The notes below the pieces were generated by a model. That model saw only the letters and a program-made list of their open reading frames with translations, made no database searches and was not told the DNA's origin. Positions 8,744 to 18,191 of a stretch of 64,000 nt of DNA are shown here, in pieces. Position numbers and translations under genes: made by a program. The stretch is from positions 62,001 to 126,000 of the IMG/VR virus record IMGVR_UViG_3300026521_000471, one strand, 5' to 3'. How positions within the stretch are numbered: position 1 is the stretch's first letter; every line of letters starts with the position of its first letter.

Positions 8744-8776
8744 GATTGAGAATTAAACTAAGAAAATACATCGAAG

Positions 8777-8869
8777 TAAAACCGCTGACATATTGTCTTG
8801 TTGGTTCGAGTCCAACCTTCCCCACCAGTTTATATGGGTGAAGTGGTGAAATTGGTAAACACGGCGGAT
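8777..8869 (+). tRNA. Circularly permuted tRNA, best reconstructed as Leu(UAA): 3' half 8777-8827, spacer, 5' half 8836-8869
   Basis: 3' half has V arm, T arm and CTTCCCC-A-CCA; the downstream 5' half GGG(T)GAAG-TG-GTG-AAATTGGTAAA-CAC-GGCGGAT complements both acceptor and anticodon stems; flanks 8744-8772 and 8867-8901 pair. Confidence 0.65.
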
Positions 8870-8920
8870 GATAAAATATTTCTTAGGATTCAATCTCAAT
8901 CAGGTCTGAAATAAAAAAGC

Positions 8921-8997
8921 GGACAATTAACTCAGTTGGTTAGAGTCACCGCCTCATAAGCGGGAGGTCGCTGGTTCGAGTCCAGCATTGTCCACCA
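8921..8997 (+). tRNA. tRNA(CAU), probably Ile2 (lysidine type, reads AUA)
   Basis: CTCATAA loop, GTCGCTGGTTCGAGTCCAGCA Ile2-like T arm, CCA; leader A uses ATA four times. Confidence 0.85.
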
Positions 8998-9673
8998 TCA
9001 ATACAAAAGTATCATTCAAAATCATTTTAATTTCACGCTCCTTTAAAACTATTAAATTATTAACAACGTCCCATTTTGCTTTATCTCTTTCTCGTTCATA
9101 TCCTTTAACTTCAATAAATATATTTAAATCGGGAATATAAAAATCTGGAAAATATAAGTGTTTTCTTCCTTTCCATTCATATTCAAATGGTTCTGTATCT
9201 CTAATATAGTTAATATCATGTTCCACTAAATATTTTGCTACTATCACTTCCCATGTTCCATGAAATTTATCTCCATTAAATTCAATTATTTTTACTCTAC
9301 CACAAACGTTATTAGCAGAATAACTATCTGGATTATTACGAACCATATCTCTCATTCGTTCTGATTGTTCAATTTTATACTTAGTACTTTTCATATATGC
9401 TTGAAAATTATCTGACATAAAGCCTTGAGGTTCCCAACCATTAATTTCCATATTATGATGTTTGGTCCAATAATGATTTCTAAATTGACCAATAGTTTTA
9501 AAATGTTTATCGCATTTATTACAAATATACTGATTATTATCTATATTAAGAAATTTATCTGACAACATATCTCTTTGATTTTTTTCACAAGCTTTTGTAC
9601 CTATATGACTTTTTAATTTAGTTAAAGAACTAAACTCTTTTCCACAATCAGAACATATTTTTGAGTCATTCAT
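8954..9673 (-). mobile_element. Free-standing homing endonuclease-like gene (C2H2 zinc fingers + PD-(D/E)XK domain)
   Basis: CSDC..H, CNKC..H..H fingers; YFPDFYIPDLNIFIEVKG nuclease motif; antisense insertion in the tRNA cluster. Confidence 0.7.
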
Positions 9674-9702
9674 TAGTCTTCCCTTTTTTGTATAATTTAA
9701 TT

Positions 9703-9768
9703 AGAAGGACAGCAACTCATACTTCCCGAGTTGTTTCTTAATTGGTGCAAACAATTAAGATTACTTCT
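9703..9768 (+). ncRNA. Conserved three-way-junction RNA antisense to an endonuclease 5' UTR (copy 1)
   Basis: AGAAG-GACAG-[stem]-TT-TCTTAA[stem]TTAAGA-TTA-CTTCT, repeated with covariation at 28593-28655; TGTATAAT just upstream. Confidence 0.6.
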
Positions 9769-10265
9769 TTATTACTCTTATTTATACTTATTTTTAATCA
9801 ATTTTAGAAACTTTCTAATATTTTCAAAGGAATTTAAGTTTATTTTAATATATATTATTGTATAATATTATAAATAAAAAGGTTATTAAAAATTATATTA
9901 GCCCACCATTAAAATAATTGATTGCTTAAAGATTTCTTTGAAATTTTTCAGCAGTTAATAGAAATATTAACTTTAGCAAATGAGCCCAAGTATCACCCGA
10001 AGCTATTAAGTAGGGATTGCCTCTCCATTGGAAGATGGCTTGGGAGCCGATTTAAACCGAAGTACAACTCTGTACAAGGACAGTTTTAAAACTGGTGGTT
10101 ATGTGCTTTATTCCTAAAAGCAATGAGTAAAAATTAAGCGTGAAAAATAAAACTCAAAAATAAGGACAGAAAGATGAATTTTACATTTAGTAAGTCCTAC
10201 TATAAATCAGTCTAATTCAATAGGGTTTGTAGTAGGACGTTAATATAATAACAGAAAACTACAAA

Positions 10266-10341
10266 CCCGTTGAAGCTAACTAAGTAGAAGCGCTGGTCTG
10301 AAAAACCAGAGGAGTTGGAGCGTTACCAACCAGCGGGACCA
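10266..10341 (+). tRNA. Non-canonical tRNA-Phe(GAA)
   Basis: Full cloverleaf and CCA, CTGGT-CTGAAAA-ACCAG; no GG in the D loop, T loop AGCGTTA. Confidence 0.75.
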
Positions 10342-10352
10342 TTTTAATTAAT

Positions 10353-10430
10353 GGGACCGTCGAATATCCGGTGACTGTTCGTTGGACTGAAAATCCAAAG
10401 GTAGAGGTTCGACTCCTCTCGGTCCCACCA
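10353..10430 (+). tRNA. tRNA-Phe(GAA)
   Basis: TTGGA-CTGAAAA-TCCAA, T loop TTCGACT, CCA. Confidence 0.9.
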
Positions 10431-10507
10431 TTTAATTTCTTCATTATTACTATAAATATAAAAATCACTCCGATAATCTATAAATAAAAATAAAAAAGAG
10501 ATTAATT

Positions 10508-10798
10508 ATGACTTTAAAAGAATTTAATTATAATGGCTTTGGAGAAGATGATCATCTTAATCCTGATGGAAGTAGAAAACCCTGGCCTCATAAAAGAAAA
10601 GTAGATCCTAATGAGGAAAAAAGAAATAATATTGAATCCGAAATAAAAAAGCTAGAAACTCAATTAACTCGATTAAATAGAAAAATATCAAATACTAAAA
10701 ATCCAAAACAAAAATTTGCTTTAACCAATGATAGACGAGCACCTCTTATAGCAAAGATCCAAAACTTAAAATCAGAATTAAAAAAAATTGTAAAATAA
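10508..10798 (+). CDS. Hypothetical basic coiled-coil late protein
   Basis: ORF track; TATAAATA at 10479. Confidence 0.65.
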   Translation: MTLKEFNYNGFGEDDHLNPDGSRKPWPHKRKVDPNEEKRNNIESEIKKLETQLTRLNRKISNTKNPKQKFALTNDRRAPLIAKIQNLKSELKKIVK

Positions 10799-10816
10799 AA
10801 CCAAAAAGGTTTTATT

Positions 10817-11527
10817 ATGAAAATTGGATTTACAGCAAGCTCATTCGACTTACTCCATGCTGGACATATAGTAATGCTTAAAGAGAGTAAGGAAAATTGC
10901 GATTATTTAATAGTGGGTTTAAATGTCAATCCACATAAAAATGGTCGTTACCCAGTACAAAATGTAGTAGAAAGATATGCTCAATTAGAAGCAGTTAAAT
11001 ATATTGACAAAATTATTCCATACAATTCAGAATCCGAATTAGTAGATTTATTAACTTTATACAAAATAGATATAAGATTCATAGGTGAAGATTATAGAGA
11101 TAAGTCATTTACTGGAGATCACTTACCAATAGAAATTTTCTATAATTCTAGACAACACCGATTTAGTTCATCAGGTTTAAAAAAAGAAGTAGTTAAAAAT
11201 CAAGAAACACCATCTTTAGTAGGTGAAGTTATAAAGGACAATGACACTTATACTTTAATTGACAATACAGAATTAAAAAATTTAGTTGTTTCATCTACGG
11301 TTCTAAAACCATCGCAACATACTAGAGGGCATAAACATGAAGGAATTGAAGAAGTTTATATTTTTCAATCTGGCTTTGGGCGTATTGAAGTGGGTGATGA
11401 GATTAAAGAAGTTAAGGCTGGAGATACAATAATTATTCCAGATGGTCAATTTCATAAAGTTTATAATGATTCTAGTACTGAGGATTTCTCATTTATCGCC
11501 ATATTTAATGATAAACGTAGTCACTAA
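10817..11527 (+). CDS. TagD-like cytidylyltransferase fused to a cupin domain
   Basis: FDLLHAGH (HxGH) and FSSS motifs; C-terminal cupin GHKH..EEVY...IPDGQFHKV. Confidence 0.8.
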   Translation: MKIGFTASSFDLLHAGHIVMLKESKENCDYLIVGLNVNPHKNGRYPVQNVVERYAQLEAVKYIDKIIPYNSESELVDLLTLYKIDIRFIGEDYRDKSFTGDHLPIEIFYNSRQHRFSSSGLKKEVVKNQETPSLVGEVIKDNDTYTLIDNTELKNLVVSSTVLKPSQHTRGHKHEGIEEVYIFQSGFGRIEVGDEIKEVKAGDTIIIPDGQFHKVYNDSSTEDFSFIAIFNDKRSH

Positions 11528-11828
11528 AAAATAATTTTTAAAATTATAAATAATGTATAATAATAATTATAATTTATAATATGAATGGATCTTTTTGAAA
11601 TTGTTTTTCCTATAATTTAATATAACCAAGACGAATAACTGTTTTATATTTTAAGTTATATTTAAAATTTATTTTGTATAATTCTTATTATAGTTTTATT
11701 TGAAACATTTCTAGTGTTTCGATCGACTAAATAGTAAGTCACCCATTTTTAATGGGAAATTATGAGTGCAATTCTCTATCGGAACAAAAAAAATAAAATA
11801 TGTTGAGAAATCAACAAGGAGATTTGTT

Positions 11829-12593
11829 ATGAACAAAACTAAATTAATAATTGTGGGTTTAGTTACAGCTTTAATACTAAGTGGTTGTGGTGATTCAACG
11901 AAGAGCAATATAGATGAAAATTATGTGGTGAAGGTCTCAAGAGGACCAGTTTATGGTGCCGAAGTTAAGGATAGTGCAGACCCTGCTAATATAGCAGTTG
12001 AGATTGAAGGAACTAACACATATCGATTTGCTGTCTCAGAAGACGAAATTGTGCTACCAGTTACTGCTAATGGTGGATTTATTGACGTAAATAACGATGG
12101 AAAAATCGAAGCCGGTGTAGATATGAAATTAAATATGGAGTTGCGTTCTTATACTGAAAACTTAACACCAATTACGACTTATTTGGCAACTGAAGCAAAT
12201 AATACAATAAGAGATGCGAAATTAGATAGTCTTACAAAGTTAGTAAATAATTCAATAGATGACATAAACGTTTCTGATACTGATTTACTTAAAGCAACAG
12301 AAGATGCTTCAACAGAGGCACAATTAGTTATCAATGCGGTTTACAGTAAAATAATTGAAGCTCAAAATTCAAACAGTTCTTTGGAGTTAGATACTGATTC
12401 AGCACAAGCAGACCTAATAGGGAAACTTACGGATTTATCAAATCGTTTGAATACATTCGATGATAATTTAACAGACGCAGAAATTGCTGTAGAACTTGAA
12501 AAGCAAACTATGACTGAGTTAGACATCGATCCTATTTTAGAGGCCGACTTAAATCTAACAACAGAACTTAACATTACAGATATTAGTAGTTAA
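11829..12593 (+). CDS. Host-like lipoprotein
   Basis: Start moved to MNKTKLIIVGLVTALILSG-C lipobox; EF-hand-like DVNNDG. Confidence 0.7.
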   Translation: MNKTKLIIVGLVTALILSGCGDSTKSNIDENYVVKVSRGPVYGAEVKDSADPANIAVEIEGTNTYRFAVSEDEIVLPVTANGGFIDVNNDGKIEAGVDMKLNMELRSYTENLTPITTYLATEANNTIRDAKLDSLTKLVNNSIDDINVSDTDLLKATEDASTEAQLVINAVYSKIIEAQNSNSSLELDTDSAQADLIGKLTDLSNRLNTFDDNLTDAEIAVELEKQTMTELDIDPILEADLNLTTELNITDISS

Positions 12594-12611
12594 ATTTATT
12601 TTAATTCAAAG

Positions 12612-12631
12612 GGAGAGTAATCATACTCTCC
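12612..12631 (+). terminator. Hairpin after the lipoprotein gene (possible terminator)
   Basis: GGAGAGT-AATCAT-ACTCTCC. Confidence 0.5.
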
Positions 12632-12645
12632 TCACCCTCTTTTAT

Positions 12646-12685
12646 GGAAGTGTAACCGAGAGTTCGAATCTCTCCACTTCCACCA
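12646..12685 (+). ncRNA. 40-nt tRNA minihelix (acceptor stem + T arm + ACCA)
   Basis: GGAAGTG-TAACC-GAGAG-TTCGAAT-CTCTC-CACTTCC-A-CCA; all 12 bp perfect. Confidence 0.7.
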
Positions 12686-13025
12686 TTCTAATTTTTTATC
12701 AAATCAATTAATTTCTAAAATTATAAATAATGTATAATAATATTTAAAAGGGTTTTCGTGTACAAAAGCGATATGATAACTCTTACTAAATATGCTATGG
12801 AATTGGTTTAGTTGGGCTAAGGATAAAGGAAGGTTATAATGGAATACCATTATTATCAAATCTAATTGTAATAGCTCCTACGCAGATTTATTACAAAAAT
12901 TTGCTGAGAAGATATCACGAAAACAAACAACTATATTAAAATTGAAGATTGATTTGTTTAAAGTATCAGCCATCTTTGGTGAAGATACCCGTTGATAATT
13001 CTATACACCACATTAAGGAAAATAT

Positions 13026-15212
13026 ATGAAATGGAATATTAATAAAAAATTAAAAGCCATGACAATCATTCCGAGTATAATAATGATATTTGGATTTGGT
13101 TATCTGGTTTATACCGATTATAATGAATATCGAGATTTAGTTGTTTTAGAAAAAACAGTTAAAATCGATACACATATTAATCATTTAGTGCATTTCTTGC
13201 AACAAGAAAGAGGAGCTAGTGCTGGATACGTAGCATCCAATGGTAAAAAATTTAAAAATCAACTATCTGAAATTCGTAAAAAAACTGATACAAAATTCAC
13301 TATCTTAGAGAAAGCATTAAAAGGTAACAGAAATCATTTTACATTAGAAATGTCTAGAAAAATAGATGAGGCACTTCAAATGTATAACGAACTTTCCGTT
13401 ATGCGAAGTAGTATTGATAATTTAACAATAACCGTTCCAGAAACTGTTAAATACTTTAGTTCCATGAATGCAACCTTTTTAGATTTTATTAAACTAAGTA
13501 AAGATTTATCTAATGATAATGAATTTTCAAAACAACTTTCAGTAATTACAGCTATTAGTGCTACAAAAGAATTAGCAGGTAAAGAAAGAGCTGTTATGAC
13601 AAGTGTTTTTGCTAAAGATAAATTTATAGATGGTTTCTATGCACAATTTAAAACTTTAGTAGCATTACAGAAAAGTTATATGGAAAGTTTTAGATTACTT
13701 GCAACTCCAACAGCAATTAAAATTCTTAATGAAATATCTTCTACTTCTCCTTTTTTAGACGTTGAAGAAATGCGAAAGATTGCAATGGAACGAAATAAAG
13801 ATGGGGCTTTTGGTGTTGACTCGGTAAGATGGTTTGATACTATGACTAAAAAAATAAATGGTATGGAACAAATCGAACATAAATTAGAAAATATTCTTCT
13901 AGATGAAATTGATAGTCAAATGAAATATTTATTGTCGATGGTTATTACAATGTTTATCCTTGCAGTCTTAATTACATCTAGTTTAACTTATGCAGGGTAT
14001 AAATTTAATAAATTTTTAATCGATAGAGTGAACAAGATGAATATTATTTTAGAAGATTCTATTAATACTCATAGCTATGATGAACAATTATTAATTTCTA
14101 ATGATGATGAATTATCAAAGATAGAAAATGCAATTAATAAAATGTTTGTGAGTTTAACTGAAGCTGCAGAGGCTAGAAGAATTTCGGATATTGAAATAAA
14201 GAAAAAAGCTGAAGAAACTGCAAAACTATTAGCAAGAAATAATATGAATCTTAAACTGAATAAACTAATGAGTACGCATACAACCGATAACCTAAATGAT
14301 ATTAAAGATGGGCTGAGTGATGGGACTGAAGAATTAGAAAAAATTAATGAAATTAATGATAAAGCCCAAGATAATTTTAATTCTGTTATTGCGGCTAAAA
14401 ATACTATGGTTACTACTTTAGAAACCGTTTCTGAAGGAATGAATTCTACAACAGAAAGAGCGGAACAATTAGAAGAATCTGTTAATGAAATTGCAAGCAT
14501 TATTGGTTTAATCAAAGATATTTCTGAACAAACAAACTTACTTGCACTTAATGCAGCTATTGAAGCAGCAAGAGCGGGTGAGCATGGACGAGGTTTTGCC
14601 GTGGTTGCTGATGAAGTTCGTAAACTAGCTGAGAGAACAGCTGTTGCAACTAAGAATGTAGAAGCGAGTATTAATATCGTTAAACAAAATACTTCTGAAA
14701 TGAATGAAAGTACTGAACAAATGACAGAAAGTATTAAAGATGCTCAAGAGGTATCTCATACTCTAGATGTAGAATTAGACACCTTAATATCTATCAATAG
14801 AAATAATACTGTTAGAAATAATATGATTAGTGAAGATATTCTTGTTACCCTTACTAAATTAGAACATGTTATTTTTAAAATAATGGGTTATAATAGCGTT
14901 TTAGAAGAATGTACAAAATGTGAACCTGTCACTCATGAAGCTTGTAGATTTGGACAATGGTATAAAACTGAGGGAAAAAATAGATATAGTAAAAATTCAT
15001 CTTTTAGAAGTATCGAAATACCGCATAAAGAAGTCCACGAAAATGTTAGAAAAGCCGTTGAATTAATAGGCAAAAAAGATGATGATACTATTATTCGATA
15101 CTTTGAGATCGTAGAAGTAAATTCTAAAAAATTATTTGATCTTTTGACAAGAATAGTTAAAGAAGAAAATGATAAAATGGTTCTGGAGATTAATGATGGA
15201 AAAAATAAATAA
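13026..15212 (+). CDS. Methyl-accepting chemotaxis protein with NIT sensor and C-terminal CZB domain
   Basis: [17 protein letters not shown] (NIT)-TM-HAMP; [35 protein letters not shown] signalling tip; [16 protein letters not shown]. Confidence 0.9.
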   Translation: MKWNINKKLKAMTIIPSIIMIFGFGYLVYTDYNEYRDLVVLEKTVKIDTHINHLVHFLQQERGASAGYVASNGKKFKNQLSEIRKKTDTKFTILEKALKGNRNHFTLEMSRKIDEALQMYNELSVMRSSIDNLTITVPETVKYFSSMNATFLDFIKLSKDLSNDNEFSKQLSVITAISATKELAGKERAVMTSVFAKDKFIDGFYAQFKTLVALQKSYMESFRLLATPTAIKILNEISSTSPFLDVEEMRKIAMERNKDGAFGVDSVRWFDTMTKKINGMEQIEHKLENILLDEIDSQMKYLLSMVITMFILAVLITSSLTYAGYKFNKFLIDRVNKMNIILEDSINTHSYDEQLLISNDDELSKIENAINKMFVSLTEAAEARRISDIEIKKKAEETAKLLARNNMNLKLNKLMSTHTTDNLNDIKDGLSDGTEELEKINEINDKAQDNFNSVIAAKNTMVTTLETVSEGMNSTTERAEQLEESVNEIASIIGLIKDISEQTNLLALNAAIEAARAGEHGRGFAVVADEVRKLAERTAVATKNVEASINIVKQNTSEMNESTEQMTESIKDAQEVSHTLDVELDTLISINRNNTVRNNMISEDILVTLTKLEHVIFKIMGYNSVLEECTKCEPVTHEACRFGQWYKTEGKNRYSKNSSFRSIEIPHKEVHENVRKAVELIGKKDDDTIIRYFEIVEVNSKKLFDLLTRIVKEENDKMVLEINDGKNK

Positions 15213-15387
15213 ACCACAGTTAGAAGATTTTAACTTATTAATTCAAAGCGAAGAGGGAATCAATGCCCTTTTCGATTATGTTCGACATTTAGATAAACAA
15301 CACGCTCAAGATAAAAGAGAGATAAAATATTTAAACGATTATATTGAAAAGCTAGAAGCTACAATTAGTAAATTAAGAAAAAGATAA
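15193..15387 (+). CDS. Small coiled-coil protein
   Basis: ORF track 15169; GGAG RBS favours ATG 15193. Confidence 0.55.
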   Translation: MMEKINKPQLEDFNLLIQSEEGINALFDYVRHLDKQHAQDKREIKYLNDYIEKLEATISKLRKR

Positions 15388-15431
15388 TTTAATTTATTTA
15401 AAATTATAAATAAGAATAAAGGAGATGTATT

Positions 15432-15824
15432 ATGAAAGTACAAAATATTATACCAATATACCAACAACCAAAAATAGAAGATATGGTTGGACAACAAAAA
15501 CAGGAATACCCAAAACCTAGTGTTCCGCCTGAATTACCAAATGAAAACCCAGTAGAATCTCAAGATAAAAAAGAAGATTCTACTAATACAACTCCATCTT
15601 TAACAGATGGACAAACTTTAGCAGTAAAAGCTAATTCAGTTCAAGGTAAAATAGATGCTTATGCTGCTGGAACAGGAATAGATAGAAATGATAATACGCC
15701 TGATTTATCTAATAATCAATTCCAACGAACAATAGACGATCTTAATCAATATAGAGAAATTCAAGATAAAGTTCAGAAACAAAATGGTATCAAAGAATAT
15801 CAATCTATTTTGGGAATGAATTGA
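15432..15824 (+). CDS. Hypothetical late protein
   Basis: TATAAATA 15405, AAGGAG RBS. Confidence 0.7.
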   Translation: MKVQNIIPIYQQPKIEDMVGQQKQEYPKPSVPPELPNENPVESQDKKEDSTNTTPSLTDGQTLAVKANSVQGKIDAYAAGTGIDRNDNTPDLSNNQFQRTIDDLNQYREIQDKVQKQNGIKEYQSILGMN

Positions 15825-15859
15825 TATATTTTTTAAGGTTTTTTTAAGGTTTTTTTATG

Positions 15860-17050
15860 TATAATTTCCTAAGTAAGTTACTAATATTTAGTGTAATTCG
15901 GATATGATTCCATCTTACTATAAAAATCAAAGTTTCACAAAGATCGGGCTTTGTAGGTTAATTAGTTTTGCCTTAGAATAGGTGATCTTTATCGTCAGTA
16001 TATCCATTATATCGATAGTAGAGCGAAAGCGTAGAAGCTGATATAAAGGTGCGATGCCACACAATTAGAATAGTATTAAAGTTGCTACTACCTCAGGACG
16101 AGCAGTTTGATTCTGATGGGTTCGAGTCCCATGATTGAGGAAGGAAGGTTAAGTTCGAGTCTTAACAGTAGCAACTTTTAATTTATTTAAGTTAAGTGTA
16201 TTACTTAGTTTAATTAAATTAAAACATCGGGAAATATTGGTATGGAATCCAATGGTGAATAAATTATTTTTTTCATTTCGACTAAGAACCAGTAGGAAGG
16301 TCACCCGAAATAGTTTAGCAGTTAAAGGTAGATTTGAAACTGTTAAGTAATATTAGCAATTGCAAGCCAATATGAAAATTTAATGGATTAAATAATGAAT
16401 TGAGGGCTTTCTTTGGGTTCTGCAGCGAAAAAGAAAGAACGGTTGCAAACACGTAAAAATGTTGGGAATAATATAATAGTATATTAAATATGCCGACTGG
16501 ATACCGTCTCAGTATGAGCTTAACTCAATTCATTATTTAGTCTATTATAAATAAATTAGTAGCTTCAAGAAATTAAGTTTGATAGTAAAAGCAAATTCTT
16601 TTTAGAATTGAGTGTTAGTGCAAGTCTAACCTAGTTGAATTTATAATAGACATTTTAATCATTTTATAAAGATTACCCTAACCGATAAGGAAATTAGTAC
16701 TAGCCTTATTCGTACAGTTGTACTTATATAATAATTACCTATACGTAAAAAATTGATTTTGGTGATGGATAAGAATTATAATACTAAAGAACCGTTTGAA
16801 CCAATAATCAGAAGAACTGTCTCTCTGAGCAATGGGTAATCTTTATAAGGTGATTAGACTCCATAATTTTTCGTTTTTAGATTACCTCCGAAGGGGTTTA
16901 AAAAATTATGCCTTTTCACCGGTTTTAAATACCATTGGCAGTCGGAGATTGATAAAAAAGTATTGCTTTTTTATTAAGGTTTGTAAGTGAACTAATCAGA
17001 CGTAGAATTTAAGAGTAAGATAATTTCAAGCTATTAAATGACAACCATAA
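15860..17050 (+). ncRNA. ORF-free array of tandem stem-closed structured RNA modules
   Basis: Promoter 15844-15865; perfect IRs 16078-16089/16167-16178, 16390-16404/16524-16538, 16540-16552/16639-16651, 16664-16678/16834-16848. Confidence 0.55.
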
Positions 17051-17135
17051 AATTAAGTGAGTTTTTGGTCTCACTTAAAAATACTTTTTGACTTTATTGT
17101 ATAATAATATATAATCTAATAATAAAGGAATATAT

Positions 17136-17882
17136 ATGTCATATGATTGGTCTAAATACTCTGCATCATCCGATTCTAAAACTCTTAATAGTACAAATCA
17201 ACCAACACTTAAAGAACTTCGAGAAGCATTAATACGACCTTTAGGCGAAAGTATTAATGAAGCAATTGAAGAACATGTATCTACTGCAATGGCAAAAATC
17301 ATTACAGGTAATAATAACGCTGACTCAGCTTTAAGTAACTCTTTGAATAATCAATTAAAAGTTAATGAATCATCATTAGAAAATATATTAAAAAATAATG
17401 AAATATCATTAGAAGCACGAATTAAAAAAACCACAGAAATTATTACTGGTATATTAGTAGGAATATATGATGAAGATATAATAGAAGATACCTTAAAATC
17501 TATCGATATTAATAACTTAACATCAATTAATGATAATTGGGATGGTTTAGAAAAGGGTGCGTCATTTATGAAAAATGACATAAAAAGAAATTCTAATTTT
17601 ACCATGGATAATGGGACGGAACATAATCCAGTAGATCCATTGATTGAATTAACAAGAGCCGTAAAAAGTCTAGTTGTGCAACATACTTGGATGTCAGTAA
17701 AATCTGATAAACAGGCTAGCAATATGGGTGTTGCTGTAGATGGTGTTGTTTCTGAAGCCTTTTACAATGATGCAAAAGCCGCAAATAGAAAAGTAGCAGA
17801 AGATACAGTTCATCAGATTTTAAATTTAGATGGTACACATGATGATGACGGAATTTATCCAAATAATCAGGGATTTGAATAA
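17136..17882 (+). CDS. Hypothetical protein
   Basis: ORF track; AAGGA RBS; coupled to the PAAR gene. Confidence 0.75.
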   Translation: MSYDWSKYSASSDSKTLNSTNQPTLKELREALIRPLGESINEAIEEHVSTAMAKIITGNNNADSALSNSLNNQLKVNESSLENILKNNEISLEARIKKTTEIITGILVGIYDEDIIEDTLKSIDINNLTSINDNWDGLEKGASFMKNDIKRNSNFTMDNGTEHNPVDPLIELTRAVKSLVVQHTWMSVKSDKQASNMGVAVDGVVSEAFYNDAKAANRKVAEDTVHQILNLDGTHDDDGIYPNNQGFE

Positions 17883-18178
17883 TGGGTACTTTAGCGGGTA
17901 GAGTCCCAGATTTAAATACAGGTCACCCACCTTGTTTTACACCTACCGTAGCTATTACAGGTTCTCCAACAGTATTTGCAAATTCATTACCAGCTCATAG
18001 AATGGTTGATTTACATATCCCACATCCTTGTCCTGGAATACCACCACATCCAGTATTTCAAGCGATAGGATGTTCGAGAGTATATGTAAATTCATTAATG
18101 TGGGCTGGAGTTGGACATCCTCAATTATGTCTATCTTTATTATTAACCGGTTCACCGACAGTATTTGTATGTATTTAA
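17882..18178 (+). CDS. PAAR-repeat tail-spike tip protein (T4 gp5.4-like)
   Basis: GH..C.PT..ITGSPTVFANSLPAHRM.D...PH.C and terminal TGSPTVF repeat. Confidence 0.85.
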   Translation: MGTLAGRVPDLNTGHPPCFTPTVAITGSPTVFANSLPAHRMVDLHIPHPCPGIPPHPVFQAIGCSRVYVNSLMWAGVGHPQLCLSLLLTGSPTVFVCI

Positions 18179-18191
18179 AGGAGAGAAATAA

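Noticed and set aside
8571-8901. Natural permuted group I intron around the permuted tRNA
   Set aside because: The U/G junction is suggestive, but I could not find P3-P7 core sequences and the downstream flank is only about 50 nt; kept only as a remark.
9703-9768. Hammerhead ribozyme reading of the three-way junction motif
   Set aside because: No CUGANGA core on either strand, and the GAAA...UH arrangement is not satisfied.
9891-9907. TATTAGCCCACCA as a tRNA or att site
   Set aside because: Only a short 3'-end remnant resembling tRNA-Gln2; no integrase or matching partner in the window.
15860-17050. Possible CRISPR array or mini-array in the long non-coding stretches
   Set aside because: No direct repeats at regular spacing; the structure is inverted repeats unique to each module; no cas genes.
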